DNA of 64,000 nucleotides from NCBI GenBank assembly GCA_976226885.1, contig OZ320321.1, positions 50,468,001 to 50,532,000 of the forward strand, written 5' to 3'. Numbering within the stretch: position 1 is the first letter of the stretch; each line of letters starts with the position of its first letter. Made by a program: the position numbers and the translations under genes. A model generated the notes under the pieces. The model did not search any database, was not told where the DNA came from, and worked only from the letters and a program-made list of their open reading frames with translations. This stretch comes from Iphione sp. A-MEVVRFRX5. Its lineage: Eukaryota. Shown one piece after another: positions 1 to 12,000 of the stretch.

Positions 1-1139
1 CTTTTCTCTTCGTACTGGACCCTCTCTGATTTGGCCCAAGCTATGTTCGACTGTTCACAACTGATTGAATTTGTATAACAAACATTCTTGCTATGAGAGA
101 AAAAAATGGAGAAGGACTCCATATTCTCAAGATTTAATACCCTATCTGCTATGTTCTATCTGCATATTTCGATGAAACATTGCGTGAAGGTGGTCTACTA
201 CATTTATTCGAATTTGATTTAATACAATCACGATTAAATCATGATTAAACGTGGAGCATACAAATATAGTAATACAAATATAGTAAGTGTACCCTAAATT
301 CCAGGGGGGCGCATACTGTGTACATGTATTTCTGTTTCATTTTCTTTCTTAAATCTGAATAGGATGCTTGAAATATTCTTTTCCTTTGTGGTTTGTCTCT
401 ATGAAGAATCTCAATCACAGGGAAGTTTGATTACACCTAGATAGATAAAAACCACAGATGTTGGTAGAGATAACGAATTATAGTTTTCTTTCTCTTCAGA
501 GGCTCCCGGGGAACCATAATAGTAACATCAAGGAGAGTAATGCTATAAAGCATTCTTCAAGGTTATATTTATATGGGTTATGTATATACGTACATTTGCC
601 TATTAGTCTTGCACAGAAATCAATATTCCTTCGATTACAAAAACGCGAACCTCAAGGAGCGCAAATTCATCTCAGAGTTGTTGCATAAAAAAGCAAAACT
701 CTCAAAAATATTACCTGACATTTGCAGTGACCCCCTGAGGCCAGTCATGTAACCCTATCGCATATAGTTAGAGTGCAGCTCAGTCGAGGCAGAAGGTCAA
801 CAGCTTAAGGTTACGTTCTCTCACTCAGTTGGCCAAGCAGACACGATTCAAACCAACGTCATTTGCTGGCTTACGGCGCTGTTGGTCATAAAGCATGGCC
901 CTACAGTAGCAATCTCATACGTTACCGAAGCAAGGAGGTCAGCATTGCTGGATCCCGCCTCTTTTCTTAATAGCGCTTCACATAAACATAGGTGGTACTA
1001 CACAGATACGGCTATGACCTTATCATGATAGGATTGATCGTCAAACGAGCAGATCGCATTAAACGTGGTATACATGTATACAATGATGCCCCCACCCGTC
1101 TATTCTTCTCTCTATTCTGATCCCTTTTCACAAACCATG

Positions 1140-1560
1140 TTGAAGATGGCCGAAGGGAATCTTTATCGCCAACATGGCGACTAATATCAATATCGTTGAC
1201 TTGACGAAAATCGTTAATTTGTTACATACTGTGTTTCTTTTTAAGAACTGTTCAAGGCAAAACCGTCGATTGTGTACGTGTTCATTTCAATTCGTTTTAC
1301 ACCTTTTTTTATTCGGGAGAGGAGCTTTGCTTATATATCAGGGGGATGGCCTCTGCTTGCACCGGAGTAGATGCCATGAACCCACGAGCGGCTCGCAAAT
1401 AAAGCCGCTCGTAACCACGCTAAGCTCTCGTTAGAACCACGTGGGCGCGATGACGGTCGCTGATTGGCTGTCGCTTGTGGTAGCGGCCAATCAAGACTGG
1501 TGTAGACCTAATGAACGGGAAAGATATACGGAGCGTAAGATTGGCTGAGTCACAGCTCTG
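1140..1560. promoter_or_regulatory. CpG-rich promoter-like island
   Basis: YY1-like AAGATGGC and AACATGGCG, three CCAAT/ATTGG boxes, and an 8-bp-stem hairpin GAGCGGCT...AGCCGCTC at about 1387-1411. Confidence 0.4.
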
Positions 1561-2049
1561 TCTTGAGCCCTGTGAACACATCTAGTCACCTGATAAATTA
1601 AATTTCCGATATCTAGTAGAACATAAGCCACTGAAATTGAATAAGCATCACAAAATGTTGTATGGTACACAGGCGGATCATCTAGTCGTCGCTTTTGTGC
1701 ATGAACATTCTTATTTGATCAGTATTAAGCTGAGTTGAATAGCCTGGTCCATATCTCGCAATTTTTCAGGGGCCATCCCCCTGGGGCCAATAAAAGGTGA
1801 CACGGTGTAATTTAATTAACGTTGGGGTCGCCCCTCCGCCGGGAATTGCATGTTAAAACACGATCGACTAGTATTTTAGTTCAGGCCCTCCAGCCAACAG
1901 CCTCTCTTCCACCAATACCAGCCAGACGCCACCCTGTTTGAATCCCATGGCCCCGACCATCCTCAGCGGCTACCCACACACCCTGGCAGGTCACTTGTCG
2001 CTTCGCGCCAAAGCTCTGGTCGTTTTTATCGCATTCTGACAGGTTGCGT

Positions 2050-2140
2050 TCTTTGTCCGCCATCAGTAAATAAGATCACGTGACCGGCGTCCGTAGGAGG
2101 CGGCGCCACGGGGTTAATGACGCAAAACGCCGCGTCACAA
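2050..2140 (-). promoter_or_regulatory. Promoter-like island with E-box and ATGGCGG start context
   Basis: TCACGTGAC E-box, ATGACGCAA CRE-like motif, and minus-strand ATGGCGG opening ORF 2063-1881 (MADKERN...). Confidence 0.35.
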
Positions 2141-5100
2141 AGCCTCCCACACGTGTTGGGGTGGGGAGTGTGGGGGTGGGGGGTTGGGGATTGGTTTAGA
2201 TAGTCTTTGCCATACATCGGGCCAATGGCTCCATACTGGCCCCAAGTGTTGGCAGTTGACTATATCTGAATGTGTACGTGCTGTGTATGCCACTTAAAAG
2301 ACGTCATTTTCTTATGCGTTCTGATAGCTTGGACAGGACAATGTCCTCCTCCTTGACTACCAACCATATCCAAACTTGCAAACCCGGAACTACAGCTTGC
2401 TGCATCTTGTGAAGAAACTGGCTTAAGGAGGTTAATTGAATTTGAAAAGAGGGAGAGCATAAAGATGCTAATCATTTGTTCACATGTGCATGTATATAGT
2501 TGATAAATCCTTAGTGCTGTTGTGGATGTCTTTACGCCTAGAATGGACCATAGTAAGCCGAGGACGATACAAACGAAGTTACATCTGCACTCGCTGTGTT
2601 CGAAAATCTACTGCCATTGGAAGTATCGTCGAACAAAAGCCTATCTGACTGCTCTGTAAAGCTTTGTGGAAGACTTGTTTCTTCGAACCGAACAATGCCC
2701 AGAAAAATAATTCACTGTATGTTATATCCCATACCATATTCATTCTTTAATTGACTCAGCCGTTAGGCCACCTCCATTTCTTAAGTAGCTACTTGGGTTT
2801 TTTTTTGTTCCGCTGGAACATCAGCTACATACGACCAGCCACGACAGATATTCTATTTTCCTACTCGTCAACTCATCCGTCATCTTTAACGTCTCAGTTT
2901 CGCTTCTCGCACGCACCATATCTTTCTACATTGAAGAGCAAAAGGGTTTTATGTTGCCATGCTAAGGGAAAAAAACACCGTTTTCTTAAAATATGCAGAT
3001 GTATTCATTAGAGGTACGGACTTGACGCTTCATACTGATTCATATTCCCTTGTCAAATCCAGCACTACGGAGGGTGAAATATTCAAGCAACAGTGTTTTT
3101 TCATCAAATGTTTCTTGCATGGACTGAAAGAACTGAAATCATTTCTTTATAAGTTTCTTATTTGAAATTTCAGATATACTCCACATGCATGTATTAACCC
3201 AGGAACGTCGATAAAAGTACCTTCCCAATGACGTTGCGCTGTTCTCGATAAAATTTCCTAGGTAAACATAGTGTGTTCCTAGCATGAAGTTTAACCCTCA
3301 TGATAAACTGTGTCGCATATTATTTCGTATTTGGAATGCGTCACTGATAAACAACCATTTAACAACTTCCCTGGACATGTTAGAAATTTCTTTTGCTATT
3401 AAGGACAAGAAACGCCAATGAAAAAAACCCAGACCATCAAGAGAAGACAATGATACACATTCTTTTCACCCGCCGTGCGTATCAATGCTGCGTGAGCAAA
3501 TGAGAGTTCGGGATTCGTATGCAGGGGTCGTTTACTCGGTGGGATTTACGAATGCACAACGCGATGCGCTGGTGAGGGTCGCCCGGTGGCAGACCGGAGC
3601 TGACTCTGCTCGACGTTGACAGAGAGCAACTCACCAATAAAGACGAGCCGCTCTTAAAGGGCTGATAAAACACCGCATGAACCGATACCCTTTAAGTAGC
3701 TGACATCATAAATATGGCGGTTCCATTCCAGCAGCACATTCACATCATAACATACGGTGCACAGTGAAACCGCACTAATTGTAACACTGCTTAGTACTCT
3801 TGGTAGCGAATGGTTATGTCTGCTATAGCGAGGATACTGGAATGAGGGGGGGGGGGGTGTTATATTAAAGAGTCTCCTCTGTACCAAGTGAACTTCTATG
3901 AAGTATATATAGTTCTTAACTGTTCGTTAAACTGGGACGACAGCTGTATAATGCTACCAGAATAGTCACAAAGGGATCAATTTTCTAGTATCGGTGATAT
4001 CATGTACAAACACAAGATCTTGCCATTGGAATATAGAAGCAGGTATTACTCGTTTCGTCTTAGCTACGACTCCCCGTATCCAAAATATTGTACATTACTT
4101 GGGAGCAGAAACAGAAAAAATCCTACAATATGATGCAAAAAAAAACTCGTCTTAACCAATTCAAGAAGTCTCCAAACTGCGTTTTGATTATATCGTGGAA
4201 TAGTCTCTATAAGAAAACTAAATTGTTACCAAAAACTAGGTACAAGAAGAGAATAAAAGAAATCCCCTTTAACAAATTAATGCAATTGGAGAGTCCCCTA
4301 GATTCAACAATGAGCAATTCACAATTTCTTGCTGTATATCGAATTATCTCCTATGTGTCATGTGGACATTTTCATCCTACATAGTCTGTACATGTTGTAT
4401 ATATGTTAGTCTTAAGCTTTGTACCTAGTATGTCATATCACAGAATGTACACGAAGCAAAATGCTGGCGCCACTTGAATTGCCAGAATTAATATTAATTT
4501 TTTTTTAATGTGCTTGGAATAGTTGGGATACTTGAATAGTGAAGTGTTACTAGAGCGGGTGGGGGGATATTTACACTAAATACCTTAACAACCTTTTTAC
4601 CTCATTGACTTGTCGATATTTTTGTTAACATCTTTGAAATTGTGTAATGAATTAATTTGTACAAGCAATATATCTACGCAGTACACACATTTTGCATTAC
4701 CTGTACATGTATTTCAACGTTATATGTTTTTTTCACACAAAATCATCTCAATAAGCTGACATTTTTACCACACCAGATCAAGCATATCTATTCTCACATA
4801 TTCGTTATTATTTATGCTTTTATCCAATTAAATTGTAAAAACTACTTTGAAGAAATACAGAAATGTGACGAAGGGGGAAAACGCAAAGTTTACCAACTGT
4901 ATGTGTTTTTTTAAGCGCATTGATTTCTCACATCCTCTTAATGGCCGCGTGGTTCTTGCGCCGAACATAGCTCCAAGCGTTTAAGGGGGCAACACGTTGG
5001 AACGCACCTGACCAGGCTACCCAAGGATGTGGGAACTCATGGTAGCCATAGCAACGTGCGGTAATCATAACACCGACCAAGCATTGATGCACTACTGCAA

Positions 5101-7699
5101 TCAATGCAAAGGAAGATAGTGAACGCCGATTACAGGTGGTATACAACACCATTTTAATTGTAGTTACGTCTGAGAAGTGTGATTTCAGGTTGAAGATGGA
5201 ACTGTATGTCCGTTTGATGTCTACCATTTAAAACGAACCGACGGCCATTCACTTTTGTAAACTAAATCACCCCTCTCACCAGTTTTTCTCTATGTTGCTA
5301 TCATATCCCCGATAACTCATAGTACATGTACATAAGTCTGCTGTGGACTAAAGTTTTTTGTGTGAACTCTTTCCACCCTGTCTAAGAAAATCATTCTGTG
5401 GGCTTGGTGAAACTCAAACCTGCGTCATCAGCCTGGCCCCTCTATACACCATCTATGTTAGGTCCGGCGCTGCTGTCTAATGTGCCACAATTCTTGCACA
5501 ATTCTAATGTGCCAAAATTCTGGCATTTCTTGTAGGTTTGTAGCAGAACTGTGGTTAGAAGTCTTCACATTAAAGGAGAGAAGTACATTTATAGAAAATA
5601 TATGGATTTTTGTGGAAATTAAAGCATATCTTCTGCGGAAATTGAGGCATTGGAAATTGTGCCAATTTCTGCAAAGATTAAAGTATCAGTGGATTTTATA
5701 CAGATTTTTGTCGACATTATAGCATATCTGGTTTTTTCTGGAAAGAGAAGGCATATCTGTAGAAACTGTGCAGTTTTTCTTACATTATAGATTCTATTCA
5801 GTCCTATATATATACACTTTATGTATTATTCCCTTTTATAAATCCTTTTATACCCTGCAGCTCGTCGGCTGTCCTTACACAATACACACTTGAAGACAGC
5901 CATCTCCGCATTTGCTTTGGTGGAAATCCACATGAAAGCCATTTCAACTTCAGCTCAATGGACCTAACCCTCTTGGCTGGGTAGGCAAATTGCTGCGTCG
6001 CCGGGAGGAGTCGCAATCAGATAAAGTCCTTACTCATATGATTACTTATTCAATGAACCCCTGACTGCCATCTCAAAGTTTACTTCATGTGATCATATGT
6101 ATTCGTACTTTATCACATATTGTCTTTGTTATCCATCACAGCCATCAACAACATCACATCATATCCATTTATCAACATACTGTAGATTGCAAAGTTTTCT
6201 AGCCTGGTAGAACTGGGGAGCAAAGAGTGCCATTGTATACACTTTCTGTTATTTATTACTCACTACCTTATGTCTAAAATGACACCTTAGTATTTACCCT
6301 CCTCCTAGCTTGCAGATTCCGTCCTCCTATTAAATTAACAGTGGGTTGATCTTTGGGTAAGGGTTGAGATATCTGGCTTAATGAACCTCCCAAACGTTCA
6401 CTGTGACTCTAATTTCGAAGTGTTCCCTGAGCAATTATCTTGGACTCCTCCTGACGCATATACTATCATGCGATTTTCCTCTGGGGTACCTCACCGTCCT
6501 CCTCGTCCATAAACTAGGCCCCTCTGACTCTATATATTACTCTGCCGTTTCTACTTCTATCAATTCCTGTCCTCTTCCCTTTGCCTTTACGCGCCTCATC
6601 ATTGATCCAAGTCCAGAGGTCGAGAGGCGACACACCACTAGTGCTATGATGGCCCACGTCAAACATGACCGTCCTCCAAGAAGAGCGACTGTGGCCACAA
6701 GTCGTGGTAACTCTAACGATTGCTCCTCATACACAATCCCTGAGATATACTCGTGTTCATGTACGCGGCAAGACATGCAAACATACCAACAGCAGCTAAG
6801 GCAAACTTAAGAGTCCATAGGGACGAAAAGGAAGAATTAATGGATTGGAAAACAAATCATGGCAAACGGTTAAATAGGATGGGACCTATAAATGATTGTT
6901 AGGATACAGCCAAGGCACGTGTTTTGCACTATATTATGGAGTGGTACAAATGATGTCTATTTTTTTCTATACAGGTATATATGCGTGAGTACATATTTTT
7001 TTTGAAGGAGAAGTGGGGTGACAGTAGTCTCAGAACACGAGGCCCTGGCCTAGAAAAAATCACTTGCATAGTGATAGAAGAATGCCTACAGCAGATAGAA
7101 ATAGACAAGCACAACATGAGAGAAGAGGGGCTTTCCTGCGAGCATATGCAAAAGTCGAGTGCTCAACCTGGATGAGCGATCCAAACATTCGCTCTATGAA
7201 ACACATGTAGACTTAGATATACAGTGCATGGCATAGGTTTTCTTATCCCAGGTATATTGTACTTGTATAGTGCATACGGTTCCGGGTGTCATTGAGTCAT
7301 GTTCCAGTCACACTAGCAGGACAATTATCTGATATTCCCATGGTATGGAACGTACTCAGGAAAAAGTAAAATGATGTTAGATTGTTTTACTATGCCCTTG
7401 GGCCCTCACGGGCTCGCCCCTCCCCCGCCCACAGAAGAAACTCTCAGCGGGACGCTTCCGAACCGAGGGCAACAAAAATAACAGGAGGTTGGCTCCTCCC
7501 ACCGAGCTCGTTTGAGATTGGCGTCTCTGTGGTGTGGAACCTAGGCCAAGTCTGACTTCATGTGTAAAAGTGCGTGGGTGTGGTATTCTGTGTGCATGCG
7601 TTCGATGCTGCGTGGAAGAGAACTGCCGGCAAACAGAGATATCTTATCCCCCGCTACTGTAGGCTGACAAGGAGGCACTCACTAGCATCCAAACGAAGT

Positions 7700-7990
7700 C
7701 AGACATTTCTAACATCATTCTGCAAGACCTCCCTCAATATCGATTCCTTTACGCTCTTTCCAAAGCTTCCTTTTATCTTTCTATACGTTTTTCCCCCTGC
7801 CGATAGCAGTACATCCCAACAGATAACGAAGGGCATAACATCTGTTGCTCGTGCTCTAACATTGGCGGGTCGGAGCAACTCGCGAGGTGGGCTTCCTTAT
7901 CAATAGCCCGATAGACAGTCTTTAGCACTTCCTGATAAAAAAAGAACAGCTCAATACCCGAGTGATTTCCGCAGAAACCGCACTCAGTGG
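7700..7990 (-). pseudogene. Possible decayed B-box/coiled-coil (TRIM-like) fragment
   Basis: FCGNHSGIELFFFYQEVLKTVYRAIDKEAH fits B-box spacing if two Cys have become Tyr (TGT>TAT). It is followed by the helical EALERVKESILREV. Confidence 0.3.
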
Positions 7991-8989
7991 GAACCGCTTT
8001 GATAGGATAGGCCTCCGAGGTGTTGGTGTCGCCTGAGTATACCACCCGTCAGCTATCTGGACCTTTGGAGATCCCCACAAAGTCTACTGGCTTTTTTTCC
8101 TTCTCCATCACTGCATGTGGCTACATAACCATTTTTCACTGACTTCGTGAAAACAATTCCCCCAAGTATACAGACATCAAAATAGCTGTTTTCTATGTCA
8201 ATAACATAAGTGCATCAGTGTCAACGCTTCTGCTCAGGCTTATGAATGTATGATAGTATGTTTCTATGATAGATCATATTAATTTATCTGCTATCATTTT
8301 AATATTACTGTAATTGTAAAGTTCTATGCAAACACGCCAATGTCACAGTATAGGACGCGTTCATTCACACGCCGTGAGCATACCATGCAATGGTTTGAAT
8401 GAAATATGCCAAATATTTTAGGGCTTCTTTTCAATTGAAAACTTTCAAGAGGTCACTACAGTGATCCTAGAGCCTCTTAGATTTACATTGAAGGGAGACG
8501 CTTCTTTTTAATTTTGACTTATAAGTTCTTAGAAGACGGTATCTGTGCACAAGAAAAAAAAACAACTCGCTCGACGTCTGAACGAGACAACTGTAAGGCA
8601 GTACATATATAGGGTTGATGTTACAAGTTGCCTATTTCCTGGTCGTTTATCTTTGCCTCCTATAAATAGATCTACTTACGACTCATGGTACCTCAGTAAG
8701 TTGTCAAACTGGTTGTAGTCATCAAGACAATGCCTGTTGATGATGAGTTCCATATCGGCTCCGCAGTTATCCTCCATGATGGTAGAGAGCCCTTTGTACC
8801 TGTGTTTTTTGTTATTGGTCCGGCCCCGGCCACCCACGGCCCCGCCCGGCCCGCGGGGCCCCGCCCGGCCCTGGCCCTCCTGGGCCGGCATGACCGGAGC
8901 GGGGGGATTGGACCCCGGAGGGATTCCGGCGGTTCACGCTGGGATTCTGAAGAAACGGTTGATCCTGACAGGTCTGACGCTGGAGGTCC

Positions 8990-9070
8990 TCCCGAAAGAC
9001 CAGCTAAGCTCTTAGGGGATAGACACCGAAATATTGCTTCCCAAACTTCCACATCTGTTGGCTTCTGCCA
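8990..9070 (-). pseudogene. F-box-like remnant
   Basis: RWQKPTDVEVWEAIFRCLSPKSLAGLS resembles the F-box consensus W..LP.E(I/V)...IF..L....L..(L/C)S. There is an in-frame stop upstream and it breaks off into a GC-rich insert. Confidence 0.4.
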
Positions 9071-12000
9071 TCTCTCGTATCTCTATGGCTTCCAGTTTGC
9101 TTCCATTGAAGCCACTTGATGATATAGGTCTCTCGAGGTGCAAATGTTGCTACTACTACAGCTACTACAGAAGCAAGTGAAGCCTCTCAGTCTGCAACCA
9201 TCGCATGGCTTTGTCACAGCACATTAAACATGCCCCTGTACGGTGGGCCGCGCCAGACGGTACCATCCGTTTGAACTGGAACCATTTAAGACCGCGAGAA
9301 GAACAGTGATAGTAGACTTTCAGCCTTATTCGAAAAAAAATTGCAACGAATTTCAAACAGTCCCTTCAATATGTCAGAGTTTTCCAATTGAAATGATTCA
9401 ATTGGACAGTAGTATATGTGAGACATCCGCAAGCGTCAAAAGTATCGATTCCTTGCTGCAGTCTGGACGGAACTCTCTCATTTTTACAAAAAGTGTGTCA
9501 ACAATATAAATAAGCGTTTTTTCTGAATAAATTCAAATATGAAACAACAACGCTCAAAAATCTGCCTTCAAGAGAGATGCGTTCAGCATGAAGCGCCCAA
9601 CGAAGATGGGTTAAAGAGTAGAATGAAGACCGCGCGGCTTTAAATCCACATGTCACCCGCCAGTCCACAAAGCCTATTGCCTTCCAGTGGTTGCTCCTCA
9701 AGAGTTGTCCTGATGTTCTAGCGTGGGAACTGGTCAGGGCGGTCGTAAATTAAACTCAGCATCGGCCCCGGTAGTAAACTAGACGACATCAAGGGAGGGT
9801 TTCCCCGGTCATGACCCTTGCCGCAGCCGTCAGGAGACTCTTCAAAACTACGGAGAGACGATGTGTTTACTGACGCAGGAATCCGGGTGCATGTACACAT
9901 GGGTATTGTACTAACGTATATAAATTTCAAGCAGCAAGATGCCTCGCGTGACAGACACATCCACTGAGGCTGCGCCCGGCTCCTGCAGGACTCCCATCAA
10001 ACTTTCACTTTGACGTACACTACATCCCAGGCGTCATGTTGTAGGCCTCAAAAGTAGCGAAGGCTTATGTCATGATCCTGCCCTGGCGTGTCGTCATGTG
10101 GCCTCCACGTCAGAGGGGTCGCCGGTCTCCATGGATCCCTCGTACCATCGGCTTCATCCTTCATGAGATCCCTCCTTCTCCCCCCCCCCCAATCCAAGGG
10201 CGACCCAACTACAGATCGGTGAGCCACACTTCTGGCGGGTAATGAACTTGAAACTGCCTTTCCGCAGGAGGCTGGGGGCTCGGCTCTGGTGGGAACGGGC
10301 GTCAAATGACCATCGATCCAATTGGCAAATCTGGGCGTGCCCTCCGAGCCGCCCGGTGCCGCAGCTGTCACGGCCTGGCCTGGCTCGCTGGCTGGCGCTG
10401 GTGCTGCTGACGAGGCCCGTCGCAACTGCTGGCGTGGACGCGGTGGTCGCTGGATCGTCCGTCCCACAGCCACGTTCTCCTCAGTGTCTCACCAGCAGTC
10501 TCCTGCCCCCAACCTCCACCCCCACCCCAAACCTCAGCCCCCACTGGCAAGATTGAACTGGTTCCGGACCCTTCCGATCAAGAGTGCGCAGTGCGGGACG
10601 GAAGAGAGGGAGGGAGGGCGGGAGGGAGGGAGACGTGCCGATCGACGATGGAACTGTTTGGCATGGGGGACATCAAGCCCCATCGTAGGTGACCAGAGTG
10701 GCGCCGCTGCTTGTCGCGCCTGTCTATTAATGAACCCCTTTCTAAAGCGAGACTGGGACAACGACTGGCGAAAAGATCGACGAGAAGAAATCGAAAGAAA
10801 AAAAGGAAATCATCAAGAAAAAAAGGAACCGCAAGGGGAAGAATAAGGAGAAAAAGAAGAAGGAAGTTGAGAGCATGAAGATATGTTGTGTTGATTGCTA
10901 ATGGATTCATATTTACATCTGATGCCGGCCCTTCAGCTGAGCTCGTGGATGCTCCCTGGCCTGCCAATTAGATCTGGGCTCTGGCCGTCCACGAGCGCCA
11001 GCCTAACTGAATTAGGCGCTTCCTGCGCAGGTTAGAATAACAACAGACGAATTACGAAGATGAGTGATGTGATGCTGTGGGTACTGCGCGCTGGGGATTC
11101 GATGAAGCGCGGACTAGGAGGGAGGGAGGGGGGAGGGAATGAGTGACGGTGGAGGGGAGGGTCTTACCTTACTGCCACGCTGTCGGCGGCTAAACTCAGG
11201 CCGGCCGATAGTAGCCGGACGACCACGTTATCTTCGGGGTCAGGTGTTGCCATGTTGGGTAGTTGGTCACACCTCACTGACCTTCTCTCGGGCGCTGAGT
11301 GTGCGGTGTTATCGGTAGTCCGCGGCGCGCCCTCCGCTATACGAGGGCGTTACGGCTCTGGTCAGGTGTGTAAATCCAACAGGTGTTCGCCTGCGTGCCA
11401 CGTTGGTGATAGCAGTGTTAGAAGACAAGGCGACGGTGTCGATGGCGGTGGCGGTGGTGGTAGTGGTGGCGATGGTGGTGGTAGCGATATCGGTGGTGGT
11501 GGTGGTGGGAGTGGTGTGGACAGAGCGAGCAGTTAGACTCCATTGAGTACGTCTGCGAGCAGGATGAACTGCTCTCCTGGATCCATCACCGCAAGACTTA
11601 ATCGGCACTGAGTACACCTCAACAAGAAGGGTGTGTGAGGGATGGGCGTGATGGTATCCTCATCATCCGGACCCCGTCCCCCGCCCCTATCTCCGCCCCG
11701 ACCTATCCCTGTCCTAATAGTAATCCTGCCCAGCTTCTGTTGGTGCCGCGACCTTCGCTGCCACGCGGTGCGTTCCTTAGGGACGAAGCCGTTTTCGGCA
11801 CCTCTTAGTTTGCCTAGACGTGGACGACAGCTACTGACGACGGCAGCCTTTGGTGATATGGGACTCAAAGGGGCCCCCCAAAAAGCTCCTGAAGCTCTAT
11901 CCCAACCGGTATCTGAGGCGAGCAGCTCGCTCTGAACACTTGTACATGCCCACCTGGCGCACCACCTCTGCTGCCTGGGTGTGTACATGTATATAGGCCA

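Noticed and set aside
800-960. Possible tRNA-derived SINE on the minus strand (GGTTTGAATC B-box-like)
   Set aside because: No convincing A-box or cloverleaf and no second copy in the window; no tRNA gene could be supported anywhere.
11545-11635. LRCTQCRLSLAVMDPGEQFILL resembling the second half of a LIM domain
   Set aside because: The final Cys/His ligands and the first zinc finger are missing; kept only as part of the GC-block finding.
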